Shown here: one piece after another, positions 1 to 12,590 of the stretch
Position numbering within the stretch: the first letter of the stretch is position 1
Layout of the letters: every line of letters begins with the position of its first letter
From: Basidiobolus meristosporus CBS 931.73
Lineage: Eukaryota > Fungi > Basidiobolomycota
NCBI GenBank assembly: GCA_002104905.1
Contig: MCFE01000079.1
Coordinates: forward strand, 1-64,000
Direction: 5' to 3'
Length of the DNA stretch: 64,000 bases
The notes under the pieces: generated by a model
What the model saw: only the letters and a program-made list of their open reading frames with translations
Database searches by the model: none
What the model was told of the DNA's origin: nothing
Program-made: the position numbers and the translations under genes

Positions 1-294
1 TATGAGGTCATTGATCCATGATAATCTCTGCATGTAAGCCCCATATCCAGGGGCCAATCCGGGTACTTCAAGTGTACGAGTAGCTATAATATACAGTTTA
101 TATGTAAAAGTAATATCTTTTCGCCAAGTAAGCAGCCGATCATTTCCATATTGTTCTGTCTGACACCGATCCTAAGAAATCGAGGCAAACAGGGCAATTG
201 GTCCCATAGCCAGAGCAAAATCTGAGGTCATAGCAGAACACTGGCATCTATTTAAGCCCAATGAAGACACCCAGCTTTGCCGCAAACCGTCACC

Positions 295-747
295 ATGAAG
301 TACAACATTCTTCTCTTTGCTTCTCTTGCTTCTGCGACCACCCTGGGCTCGCGTCCGTTGATACAGGATGTTCTGAAGGTGCAAAATCCAGTGAGCATCA
401 TGGATCTGCCAGGCACGTCGGACCCTCTTGACGCGTATGCCCCGGATTGCATCAAGACGGTCAATGCTGGTGCAGCAACGGTTCAGACGCAGCTCTACGA
501 GCAAGGATGTGCCCTGATCACCTTCTCCAGTGGAGTCATCACAAGGGACTACAAATTCAATTGTTGTGGTACAAGTGTATGGATTCGAGTCAACAGGGCG
601 GACTGGGAGGCCCTTCGCCAGGCAGGGAAGTTGGATGGCCTCCGCTACCAGCGAGTCTCAGTTAGCGACAACACCTACTCCATTGACTTTAGAAAGGTGA
701 ATGGACAAACCCCCAGTAACATTGGTCCTGAGGAATTTCTTCCATGA
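295..747 (+). CDS. Small secreted cysteine-containing protein (150 aa), family not recognised
   Basis: Intronless ORF from ATG 295 (MKYNILLFASLASATT, signal-peptide-like), 4 Cys including a CC pair. TATTTAA at ~249-255, AATAAA overlapping the stop. CpG content is normal, unlike the adjacent repeats. Confidence 0.75.
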   Translation: MKYNILLFASLASATTLGSRPLIQDVLKVQNPVSIMDLPGTSDPLDAYAPDCIKTVNAGAATVQTQLYEQGCALITFSSGVITRDYKFNCCGTSVWIRVNRADWEALRQAGKLDGLRYQRVSVSDNTYSIDFRKVNGQTPSNIGPEEFLP

Positions 748-870
748 ATAAAAGCTTGATATTCCTACATTGTTATATACCTCATGAGTAGCAACTAACT
801 ATGATAGAATACTGACAAGGGGCGGAAGGAATTACGGTTTCCTCAAAACCACAGCTTTGAATATCTGGAG

Positions 871-1194
871 TGTTGTAAATATTGTAATTCCATCTAAATA
901 TTCACCCAGCTTAGTCACCTAAATTGTAACCTACAAACTTAGTAGCATTCTACCCAAGTTCCATGTCAGGCTGTACTAAGAGCATTACACTAAAATATCA
1001 GGTACCCAGGATATGAAAAGTTGCGAAGTTGTCTAAAGCGCTCTAAACCTTTCATGCATGCTCATGGAACCTTATTGAAATATATACCATGTGTTTGTCT
1101 TGCCAAGACCATGTATCAATATAAATTTCACTTTATACTCAATAAATTACAAAGTGAACACCGCATAATCTACTTGTTACAGAGCTCTTACCAC
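871..1194 (+). mobile_element. Degenerate LTR (probably solo) of the Copia family found at 39987-44094
   Basis: Starts TGTTG and ends CTCTTACCACA. Aligns by eye to the reverse complement of 43747-44094 (cttagtcac, atatcaggtaccc, gttgtc, cataatctacttg). TSD not convincing. Confidence 0.7.
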
Positions 1195-2116
1195 AAGAAG
1201 CTCTATTTATATGGAGGACTAAGAGATGGTGTGTCTGATTTTGTATTATGAAAGAACCTCCATTCTGGCTGGCATGTGGAGTCCACAATAACCTCAAATA
1301 ATTTGCATTTTGGTGTCACTTATGGTCAGTATCTATAGAGAGTTCAATGTCCAAATCTTTGCTTCCTCCTTCCATCTTTGCTCCATTAGCTATGTTGTGC
1401 ATGACATACTTTTTGGTATCATCAGCATTCAAGTGCTTTATAGTGTTCTTTGCTATGGATATCATAAGTCCTTAAGTTTATGCAAGTACAACACTTATCC
1501 ATATATCTAGCTCTAAATTAAGGTGTTAAGCACCTGACACCTAAGTAAATGTCCATTATATCAGGAGATGTGTAAATTACTTATATATTGCAATGTACCT
1601 GACCAACAAAGTAGTAGAATTATCTAGAAGCTGATGTAAGCTTTGTGTTGCAACTAAATTTTCACTCAACTCTATCACTGGGATATTATTCAATATATTT
1701 GGGGTATTTTGTCAAAATTTCTTGTTGGGACCTGAAATATTTAATCAACAAAGCAGGTATTTGGAAAATGAGAAATATCAAAGTTCCCCAAAGACTCCAA
1801 GATGGTGTAAACATGCACTGATGACATTTCTAGAGATATCTTATATGCTTGTCTAGCCATAACTATGCTAGGGTATAAATACATCTGTTATGTAAAATAA
1901 CTTACTCAGTGCAACTATATCTTCAACTTTTTGTCCCAATTACTTTCAGTATTTCCAACACTACTACAACAAAACTATCAATTTTTCAATACTTTAGCTT
2001 GTTTGCTTGCATGATCTCTACTACTAGCTACAACCAGAACCACTAATCCCAGACTAAAGGAAACCCACAGGAGGTTTCCTTTGATAGTCAGTACCTGAGA
2101 TACTGAGAGTTTTAGG

Positions 2117-2467
2117 TGTTGTGAACATTGTAGTTGCACCTAGATATTTGTCTAACTTAGTCACTCAGATCATAACCTACAAATCTTAGAGGATTATGAG
2201 CAAGTGCCTTGTTGGGATTTACTTGGAATATATTCACCAGAATATCAGGTACCCTAAACATGAAATTTCTCAGAGTTGTCCAAACAGCCCCAAATTTTGC
2301 ACATATGCTCTTGGGATCTTATTAAATAAATTTTACATTGCTTCTCTGCAAAGACCATGTAGAAGTATAATTGTTACCTTTATATTCAACCAATCATCAG
2401 GTGAAAGTCACATAATCTACTTGCTTTCTCAATCACTTCCAATATCTCTGAAACTCTTACAACAACA
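2117..2467 (+). mobile_element. Second LTR copy of the same Copia family
   Basis: TGTTG start; 3' end cataatctacttgctttctcaatcacttccaatatctctgaaactcttacaaca closely matches the 3' end of the 43747-44094 LTR. No internal Copia sequence was recognised next to it. Confidence 0.75.
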
Positions 2468-2790
2468 GGTTTAGAATAACTTGGAATATAGCTGATATCA
2501 GGATAGTGTTTTGCTGGTCTTTGGGTAGTTTTCTTCCCAGGACACTTGTGGCAATACTCAAAGCTGGTATCTTTTACTATTAATTAGAAGCACAAGCAGA
2601 GAGCATATATATGTATCATGATTTATTTGGCTCAAATGGTATTATTACTTCTAAACACAGATATTCAAGTCATTTGTGTAAGATCGGGTTGCTTTTGCTC
2701 ATTTTCAATAATTACAATCTATTATTGCCTGTCATTTAAGTGCAGATAATTCAGATGAAAATCACCAATGAGCATATGCCTCTGATGGTT

Positions 2791-2966
2791 AGGCTTATTT
2801 GTAATGACCCAAGTTATATAGGTACTGTTAGATAGTGCCACTTTGAGACACAGTTATCAAGTAGTGCTACAGTGTGCTACAAAGGCAAAGCAGACCTATA
2901 CTTGGGACACTGCAGCACTATTTGGTACTCATTGCTCAATGTGGCATTGTCCAAGGGATCAAGTCT
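2791..2966. mobile_element. Decayed, internally deleted miniature copy of the AGACTTG-terminated foldback/PHIS family
   Basis: ctgttagatagtgccactttgag (2825-) matches the left arm. ggtactcattgctcaatgtggcattgtccaagggatcaagtct|att matches the right terminus plus ATT. The left boundary is degenerate. Confidence 0.55.
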
Positions 2967-4118
2967 ATTAGCTTATTCTTATTGGCAATAAAGACCCAGA
3001 AGTGATTAGGAGATTAAAGCTTGTCCAAGAGCACCCAAACCATGCACCACACTCCTATGAATGCTTTTTGTAGTATTTGTATGATCAGCTTTGTAATGCT
3101 CTTCTGGAAGTATATATACCTTTTATAAGTACCTTTTGAACTCAGTAAAGTATTAAGTACCATATAGCACATATGATTCATCAATTCACTTCCATTACTT
3201 GCCAGAATCTTGCAACATATATATAGTTAGGTGAACACCATATATTCTGCTAGCCCTGCAGTGGCTTCTATTATCTACTAAATTCTCACAAAAGTATCAG
3301 TCCACCCAGATGTCCCACATAGAGCAAATTGAGAATGATGAAAGCTTGATACCTTCTAGGGCTTTGCAAGTGTGAAGTAAAACTCCATATTAGCTAAGCC
3401 AATAATCAGTCAATACTCAATACTCAAATCCTCCACCAAGTAAGGGTCTCATGTTTGGCAGTTAATGAGGCAGCCTACAGAGACACAAAAATATAGTCAA
3501 CAACAGCATCTGCCAGAGACATGAATATGCAGCAAAAAAATTGAGCAGTAGCCATGATGCACTAGCTACAAAAGTCTGGCTATAGTCAATGCTGTAGTAA
3601 AATTGGCCCAAAGGAGTAAATTTGTAGGTTGAAATCAGGAGGATTAATATGAATGTAATGTCATAGCTGACACTCATCTTGTTTGAGAATAAATAGTGGA
3701 AATTGATCAAATTTAATGTGACATAAAGGAATCACATAAATTCCCATTTCTTGAACAGGCTGATTTGCAGCAATGTATGGGAATTTTATTGAGACTTACA
3801 CTCTTAAACATACTTCTTAAGCGCTTAACCGTGCATAAATTGGAAGAGTGTTGAATATAATCAATATTTTTCCGGAATAACCTGTTTAACCAATTCCGGG
3901 TGATTTGAAATAATCTAGCTAATTCTCTAGCCACAATTTTTGGTAGATTCCGCTTAGAATGACTAATATCCGTTGCATGCTGCAGATACTTTTGTTATCG
4001 CGTTTCCTTCAAGTTACCCTATATCCGCTTGACTGCTGATTAGTAATTCTTCTCCTTTTGAAGTATACGCCCTTTCAGACAGGTTATTGCAGCGTACAAT
4101 TGAGTAGATTCTCCTTCA

Positions 4119-6606
4119 ATGTTTGATAAAGCCGAGGACAAAGTCCACTTACTGAGTAACGACGATGAAAACGCAAATCTATCCGAAGATGCTGATGTCA
4201 GTAGCATCCCATTAGAACAGTCGTCTTCAAACAGTAAAAATGGAAACCCCCCTCTGAGAGTTAACAAATCTACTCCGACAGTGGGCGTCACCTCTGGATT
4301 ACCTGCTGGTTTACCCGATACATATGGTATACGAATTCTTATTAATACTACCTTAGGTTTGCATGACTCCTAACTTCCCAGCTTTCTGAATCCTGGACCC
4401 GGTAGACATAACTATTCATCAGGCAGCCCAGCAAGGAAATCTGATCGCTATCGAGCATCTTATTGAGAACGGTCAAGCCACGGTTCAAGATCGAGATCCG
4501 CAAAATATTACTGCTCTACATTGGGCAGCAATTAATAATCGAATGGCTGTAGTCCAATATTTAGTGGATAAAGGAGCAGATCCCAACGCTTTGGGAGGAG
4601 ACCTGAAAGCCTCTCCGCTACAATGGGCCTGCAGGTACTAAAGACTTATTCTCTTGGGCACCAGACTTGAACTGATAAGCCAATAACTTCAATCAGACAA
4701 GGCCTGCTTGATGTTGTTCGCTACTTGATAGAAAATGGAGCCGACCCTACACTGAAAGACGCACAAGGATTCAATTCACTACATTTATCGGTTCATTCCT
4801 CCAATCCGCTTCTTGTACTTTATATGATTGCTATCGGAATGGATATCAACTGCACAGACGACCAGGGACACACCCCCTTGATGTGGGCGGCCTACCAAGG
4901 AGACTCGTATTCAGTAGATATTATACTGAGATTCGATCCAGTGTTGGATGCACAGGACAAAACTGGATTCTCCGCTCTACATTGGGCTGTGGTTAAATGC
5001 TCTTATGATACAATCCTCTCTTTACTGAGTAAAGGCATAGATATTGAATTAACGGATCAAAAGGGCAAGAAGGCCTTTGATATAGTTCAAGAAATGAAGG
5101 CTGAAAGGATCTGGAAGCGTGCACTTCAAGGCTCAGGGATCAACAGAACGCCATTCAGCAAGGTACGCTAGCCAGCCAGCGACGACCATTTGTTTGGCCG
5201 ATGATTGATTGTTGTCTGCAGGTTACCACGAACAAAATCATATATGTGCTACCATTCCCGTGCCTATTTATGGTGCTTCAAACCTTCGCTACGTTCCCGT
5301 GGTTTATGGGGCTTCCTTTCGGCGCTTTAGGGATGATAGCCATGCACCTCTTTGTCACGAAGTTTTTACTTCGAGGCCACAACATGAAGGCAGCCATGAG
5401 CACCCCGTATTATTCCAGTATTTTCCAAGCCACGCTCGCTTATGTTGGAATCACTTGGGCGTTTGTCATTGCACCTGGTAGGATCATTGACCTGGGCAAA
5501 TGGGAGTAGATCCGTAATTAACATCATTCTTAGCCACTGCCTCATATGCCTTCACCAACATTCTGTTTTTCATTGCCGCCTCCAGCACAACCTACTTCTT
5601 CTACAAAGCATTTGCCACTGACCCTGGCTATCTCACCGCGAACCCTTCACATGATAAGGGAAAGGAGGTAAGGCCACCCTCCACCGTATGATGTTGACCC
5701 AATCGAGGCTAAAGAGCTTTCCGTTTGCAGATGATCCTTCGTTTGGCCAGCACCAACCAGTTGGATGCGCGCAACTTCTGCATTACTTGTCTTGTGAGGA
5801 ATCATCTCGATGATATATTCAGAAAATATCGGAACTAATAGGATTACCGGTTGACCATTAGATTCGCAAACCCATCCGCTCCAAGCACTGCAAAATGTGC
5901 AACAAGTGTGTTGCGAAATTCGATCAGTAAGTTAGGCTTGAGAAACCCCTACATCTCCACAATGTGCTAACACGCCCATAGTCATTGCCCATGGACTCAC
6001 AATTGTGTCGGGGTCAACAACCACATCTATTTTGTAAGCTACCTGTACTCGATGATCATAGGGATTCTGATCTATGTGTATCTGAGCTACTGCTGTAAAT
6101 ATCTAATTTCCACAAGGAAACATTGAGTGTGGCCTAATGAGATTTCCTTATCAGACCTAGATTCATCTTCGCAAATCTACGAACCCATCCCATCACAGCC
6201 TTGCTTACTGGGAGATCAAGTGTGTGGATATTTCCAATACGACGCATGGGCCTCCGTGATGGTCATATGGGTGCTGCTGAACTGCAGCTGGGCCACCTTC
6301 TTGTCGATTCTTCAAAGCTATCAAATTGCCATAGCCATCACGACAAACGAGAGCTTCAACTCGCATCGGTACAGCTATTTAGCCGCTCCCATTCCGTCAA
6401 TGACCACCGAGGTGACTGGACATCGACATCGTCGTGTCAACCCCAACCACAACCCATTTGACTTTGGATGCTACGCAAACTGCCTCGACTTCTGGAGTCG
6501 AGGAAATGCCAGTCGGTTAAAGGGGGTTAGTTGGTACGACACCTACGACATCCCAACGAAGTTTCTATATCATGAAGATGAAACACCGCTAAACGATGTT
6601 GTGTAA
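4119..6606 (+). CDS. AKR1: Ankyrin-repeat DHHC palmitoyltransferase Akr1 (multi-exon)
   Basis: Ankyrin repeats (IHQAAQQGN, TALHWAAINN, SPLHWAC, TPLMWAAYQG, SALHWAVV), TM segments, spliced [30 protein letters not shown] and TTNESFN motif. GT-AG introns. Confidence 0.92.
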
Positions 6607-7664
6607 AGAATGATCTCCTCTCTTCTAATATTGTGAGCAATTCCCGGAAAGCAGGAGCTGACTTCAGAGTGATTGCGATTTAAATTAAACGGCCACATTT
6701 ACCAATGACTGTTTGCACCGTAGCGAATGCCATCCAGGGGGAGGCTTTCTTTACATGAAATTAGTTAATATCTCTGATCTTGGCTCAAGCCGCTCCAGTA
6801 ATTTAGCAGCACCCAATAGTGTTGAGGAACCCGGATTTTAATTGATTTTTACCAAATTTGAGCGACTTACCAAATACGTAATTCTAGGGAGGGTGGGTGT
6901 GTTTCCATAGTATCGTAACATATGCCGAGGAAGCTATTTCCTTTAATTTATCGAGTGGGCTAGCTACAAGAGTCTCAACTTATCAAGCTACAGGAATCTT
7001 TGCTACAGCTGTGGATCTTGAGTATTACATCATCCCATTATCTGTTTTGTGATTCTGGGCCGGTATGGTTTATTAGCATTAGATTGGAGTATCAATAACA
7101 ATAAACAATCGTTGAACAGCCATTTTCCATGGTGTAACATTATGCTCAATCGAGTGCAACGAGCAAAAAACGAAGCGGCCAAAACAACCATCAGACTACT
7201 CAGAGTTGTCTAATAGCTCCTAGCACAATCAATCCTGAGATAAGCTTTCGAAATCAATGTAACACACAGCTGCCATATACGTTTCTCCCTCTTGAAGCAC
7301 ACATTAGAAAGCCTCCATTGACAATTGGCGGTCTGCATATCGCTGCGACAGTAAAATGATTGGCTGCCTCAAGGAATAATATACTAATTATAATTCCCCG
7401 CTACTGTTAATGAGTGCAGATGGTAGGAAAAAGAATGGGGTTGACCTCTATTGAGATTGCTTAAAACTGGCCATTGCTCCCCACATGGGATTGCTTACAG
7501 TTGGATGTATCAATAACGGTCCCTTTCAGTGTTGTTTTTGTTTCTACCAAATAGTTTTAGAGTCGAAAGTCAACGTAGGAAAATCCTTCTTTCCTGCAGT
7601 ACACAGCCAATATTCCTTAGTTTTTCTACCCAACTAGCACTGCTGACCTTTACCTTTTCACAAC

Positions 7665-10647
7665 ATGCCTGAGAGCGGAAATGCACAGCGGGGGGCCACG
7701 CTGAAGCGTGGTCGAACTCTGACCAGGCCCGATAGAAACCAAGCACCAGCTCCTATGTTGAGCGGTAAAGACAATCGACGTCCCTTCGACGCCTGGGTGC
7801 TATTCTCTAGAATCATCACATTCTGGGCGCCCAGCTTCCTGATAAGCAAGTGTGGCCTGCCCGATAAAGCAGTTCGCCAGGCTTGGAGAGAGAAGGTTGC
7901 TTTATGCATCCTGATCGCATTTATCTGTGCCATAGTGGCCTTCTTGACTCTTGGTCTCCCATACGTCTTTTGCCCACAGTCGAGTCTTATTGATTCCCAG
8001 AATTCCATATCGGTCAGTGCCGGCACTCCTGGTATGTTCTTTAAACGGACCCTATCCATTCTACATCCTAATCAAAGTCTCTTCCTCTAGGTACGTTCGG
8101 TGTGAACGGAGTCATGTGGAAACTATCCGACTTGCAGTCAGCCCCAGATGAACTGAAAAACATCCCAGCCTCCTCGGACCAAACCAACAGGTTTCAGCAC
8201 GTAACGACCTTTCCGGAGTGTCAAAAGAATTCGATACTTAACTTCGAGGCTGTAAAGCAGGATCCTTGCGCCACCGCTGTTGGGTATGCGGGATGTACCT
8301 TGGGCCCAATTAACATCGTACAGCAGACATACAATCTGGTGAATCTCAAAAAGTCCGTTGGGTACGATTGGAGCGATCTCGTCGAGAATTACTTCGTGGT
8401 TGATGGAATCGTCATGAACCTAAGCCCATATATGCAGGCTAATCCCAACCCAGCTGCTAACGATCTATTGGACTGGACGATCCGCGAGGCCATCAAGAAT
8501 AAGATTGTAGATGCCACGCGACTCTTTGTTCGCCACCCGGAGCTCAAAGATTGCATCCCATGCCTCCAGAAGAAATTCATGGCTGGCCATCTTAGTAAGG
8601 CATCTACCGGATGCTTCGGAGTCAAGCTGTTCTTCATTGTCTCCATGGTGGTGATCCTGGGCATCGTTATGTGCAGATTTATCATGGCCGTCATCTTTGA
8701 CTGGCTGATCTCGTTCAAGCTCGCAAGGCCCCCACCGAAGAGCAAGACTCAACCCATTGTGGTATCTCGTTCCTCGCCATGGGCTCTTCATCAGAACTCC
8801 AGCGTTTCAAGCTTCAGCGTGAGCAACACCAGTCTGCCCCAGGTGAATGTGAACCTGAACTCCAGTGAACTGTTCACTGTGTTGCTGGTTACCTGTTACT
8901 CAGAGGGAGAGAGCTCGATCCGCTGCACCATTGAGAGCTTGGCTGGAACCGAGTATGGTGATGACCACAAACTGTTGTTTATTATTGCGGACGGAATCAT
9001 CACTGGCAGTGGAAACGATCGTAGCACACCCGACATCTGTGTTGACCTCCTTGAGATTGATCCCGCTTTCGCAAACCCGGAGCCCATGAGCTATATTGCC
9101 GTTGCCGCTGGAGCGAAGCAGCACAATATGGCCAAGGTGTATGCTGGCCATTTCAACCACAAAGGCCATCGCGTCCCTACCGTCGTGGTGGTGAAATGCG
9201 GTACCCCGGAGGAGCAGAGCGCACCCAAGCCTGGCAACAGAGGAAAGCGTGATTCGCAGCTCATTCTAATGAATTTCTTCAGCCGAGTCACCTACAACGA
9301 TCGCATGACCCCACTGGACTATGACCTCTTCAAAAAGACCCAGCATCTCATGGGAGTTACTCCGGATTACTTTGAGATCGTGCTCATGGTGGATGCCGAC
9401 ACGAAAGTTTACCCCGATTCCTTGCGCCTGCTGATCAATTGTGTCCAGAACGATCCCCTGATCATGGGGCTTTGCGGGGAAACCAAGATTGCCAACAAGC
9501 GAGACTCCTGGGTAACCGCCATCCAAGTGTTTGAATATTACATCTCCCATCATCTTGGTAAAGGCTTTGAGTCCGTCTTCGGTGGTGTCACGTGTCTTCC
9601 TGGTTGTTTCTGCATGTACCGACTGAAGGCTAGGAAGGGGGACAATGACTGGGTGCCAATCATCACCAAGCCAGAGATTGTCCAGGAATACTCGCAGAAT
9701 GTGGTTGAGACCTTGCACCAGAAGAACCTGTTGCTGCTTGGCGAGGATCGATTCCTCACCACCCTGATGCTTCGGAATTTCCCCAACCGCAAGATGATGT
9801 TTGTGCCCCAGGCCGTTTGTAAAACCGTGGTTCCAGATGAGTTCAAGGTTCTTTTGTCCCAACGTCGTCGATGGATCAACTCCACCATCCACAATCTACT
9901 CGAGTTGTCGCTGGTGCGCAACCTGTGTGGTACCTTCTGCTTTTCTATGCAGTTCGTGGTGGTGATGGAGCTGATTGGCACCGTGTCTTTACCTGTTGCT
10001 ATCATCATGACATTTGTGCTGATCATCAATCTCGCAAACACCACGTTTGTCGACGCCTCCAGTTACTTCCCACTGATCCTTCTGCTGCTGATTCTATTCC
10101 TGCCCGCGGTGCTGATTCTGCTGACCACAAGAAAGCTCATCTACATCGCTTGGATGCTCATCTACCTGCTGGCATTGCCGGTATGGAACTTCGCCTTGCC
10201 GGTCTACGCGTATTGGCATTTCGATGATTTCTCTTGGGGAGAAACACGGTAAGTTTTGCTTTTGAATTATCACTTGCGCCACATTTGCTCATCCCCGATT
10301 CTTCTAGCCGTGTCGATGGTGAAAGCAAAGGTGATGATCATGGTAAAAAGGAGGGGGTGTTCGACTCGTCCAAGATCACCCTGAGGAGATGGGAAGATTA
10401 TGAGAGACGTCATATTCGTACCATGAAGCGCAGGGAGCGTAGACGTTTGAAGGAGATGTCCCCCACCCATCTCAACCATACTGTGCTGGCAGGTGATGAC
10501 CAGGACTCGGTTAGGGGCCTGATGGTAAATGATGCCGAAAGCTTGGGCAGCTCCTATTACGATGGTGACTCTCAGATGGAAGATGAAGGATTCGATTCCA
10601 ATCCACACCCAGGTTACCGCATGAAAAATGTTGGCAAGCCATTCTAG
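7665..10647 (+). CDS. CHS3: Chitin synthase, division 2, class IV (Chs3-like; no myosin motor domain), 3 exons
   Basis: [38 protein letters not shown] and [13 protein letters not shown] motifs, [12 protein letters not shown]. Introns at ~8033-8090 and ~10249-10308. Confidence 0.93.
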
Positions 10648-10804
10648 AGCTTTCCATCCCCTACTTCCATTGGTGCATTCATATATATATATATATATAC
10701 CCCCATCCCGTGCATTATGTTTATTAGACGATACCACCCCGCCACACTATTTCGCATTGTATTTCAATCACATCGCCCATCAAAACTCTGACAAAATAAA
10801 CCCT

Positions 10805-10920
10805 ATCTGATGCAGAGCACGATGGAGCACGGCGCATTCAATCTGATGCAGAGCACGATGGAGGGCACAACGCATTCAATCTGATGGAGAGCACGACGCA
10901 TTCAATCTGATGCAGAACAC
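10805..10920. repeat. Imperfect tandem minisatellite (units of 36, 38 and 26 nt plus a partial unit)
   Basis: Units begin ATCTGATG(C/G)AGAGCACGA; the core CGCATTCAATCTGATG occurs 3 times. Lies between the convergent CHS and PSR1 3' ends. Confidence 0.85.
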
Positions 10921-11070
10921 TGCGGACGGGTAAGTATAGAAGTTTATCTATTTTACAGGTAATTTCAAAACAAAAGGTGGATAATGTGTTGAGGGATGAA
11001 ATCAAAATAGACAACGATGTATATGGGAAAGGTGGGTTAGTGTACAAGATAAATGGTTGTTGAAATGGGA

Positions 11071-12201
11071 TCAAAGAAGACTGGAGTTTAGAATAACAGT
11101 AACGTCTTCAACATCGTGAATATCCTGCAAGAAAGGACCCAAGTCGAGTAGTTCCGAGTCATGCAGGTCATTGAACCAAGAACTAACGGGTACCGCATTG
11201 GAAGGATGTAGAAGATAACTAGTTGGCGAATTGTCTACGATTATAACGCTGTCCAAATCGCGGCCTAGCAAGGAAAGGTCCTAGAATAAACAGATCCATT
11301 ACTATCGATGCATAAAACCCACGAATATCCGAACTCGAGTACCTTAACAAAGCTTCCACCATGATTGGAGCATGCCTCTCGAAAGAGTCGATGCTTCACC
11401 ACCCTGCCTGTGTCAAGTAAATCCATAACCGGATCCGCATACTGAGGAAATCTGTTTAATCGCCAGTAGCTCCATTTTTGAAGACAAGATGAAGCCTTAC
11501 CTTCGACAGACTGGCGGTAAACACCACCACCTCGTAGTATTTACTCACTTGTGTCAAGAATTCATCAACACCTGGCCGCTTGAGTACATAAACGTTCTGC
11601 ATTTGGCCGTCGATCTCAACAGGTATAACAAAATCCACTGGTTCGACTGGCTGAAATGAACTATGAACCAGTGTTTCATCGAGGTCCAACACTAAGCATT
11701 TCTTCCCTTTATCTTCAGGATCTAGCGGAGGTAGCAATGTAGCAGAAGCTGTCTACGTAGTGGCATAAATCATCAGTAGGAGGTAGGGGAATCGAGTACC
11801 AAGAAGGTGATGCTCATTATTACCTCTTGCATCTCTAAAGGAGCAGCAGGTTCCTGTAAAGATATACGAGGATGAGTGCTCTCCATTTCCTTGGTAGACA
11901 TGGCTGTTGAGGCGCTTGAGGGCCTCGGATGTGTGGTTTCTGGGTCATTCAGCGCACTGGAGGAACCGCATATACGAACGAATAGTTTCGAGAAGAAGTT
12001 GCTCGTTTTGGCGTCTTTGGCTACAGGAGTACCTGTTGGTTTTTTAAGCTCTTAAATTTAAATGTTAAACGGTATATCCCATGATTGTCGCTACTACAAT
12101 AAATAAATAAAGGAAGCTCCCATACTCTTTGAGGTATCTGTGCCTGTGTTGGTGTGATCGTTAGCATCACTACCACTGTTTCTGGTTGGGGTTTCTATCA
12201 T
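11071..12201 (-). CDS. PSR1: NIF/CPD-family small CTD phosphatase (Psr1/Psr2-like), multi-exon
   Basis: [13 protein letters not shown] (DxDxT), [32 protein letters not shown] motifs. The 5' exons and start are tentative. Confidence 0.88.
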
Positions 12202-12590
12202 TTTAAAGGGAGGTTGGATTTGTCAGTGCTGGATCTAAACCAACACAGAATGACTAGTTTCGTGGAAAAGCAGCTTCAATGAAATATTTAGATCTAAATA
12301 CGAATAGTAAAAATACACAGGTGTTGGAGAAAGAGTTGATAACAGAAGCGAAATGAACAAAATAAAAAACTTGCCAAAAGAAATATTAATGAAGATCGTG
12401 TCAAATAGGGTTAATGATACTAGTTAATGATATTGGGTGCACGATATTGAATTAATGATCAATTTACATGTGAGAACCCAACAATGTTTGCTCAATTTAT
12501 TAAACAAATAGCCTCCAGCGCTGATCACACCACACACTATGATGATCATTCTATGATTGCTGGGCCTCAGCCAGCGTGGGTGAAAACAGT

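Noticed and set aside
3460-3935. AT-rich minus-strand ORFs 3462-3710 and 3713-3934
   Set aside because: Non-ATG starts, no motifs; probably decayed repeat sequence.
10805-10920. Repeat-spacer-like pattern as a CRISPR array
   Set aside because: Eukaryotic context, the spacers are related to each other, unit lengths are irregular and no cas genes are present; it is a minisatellite.
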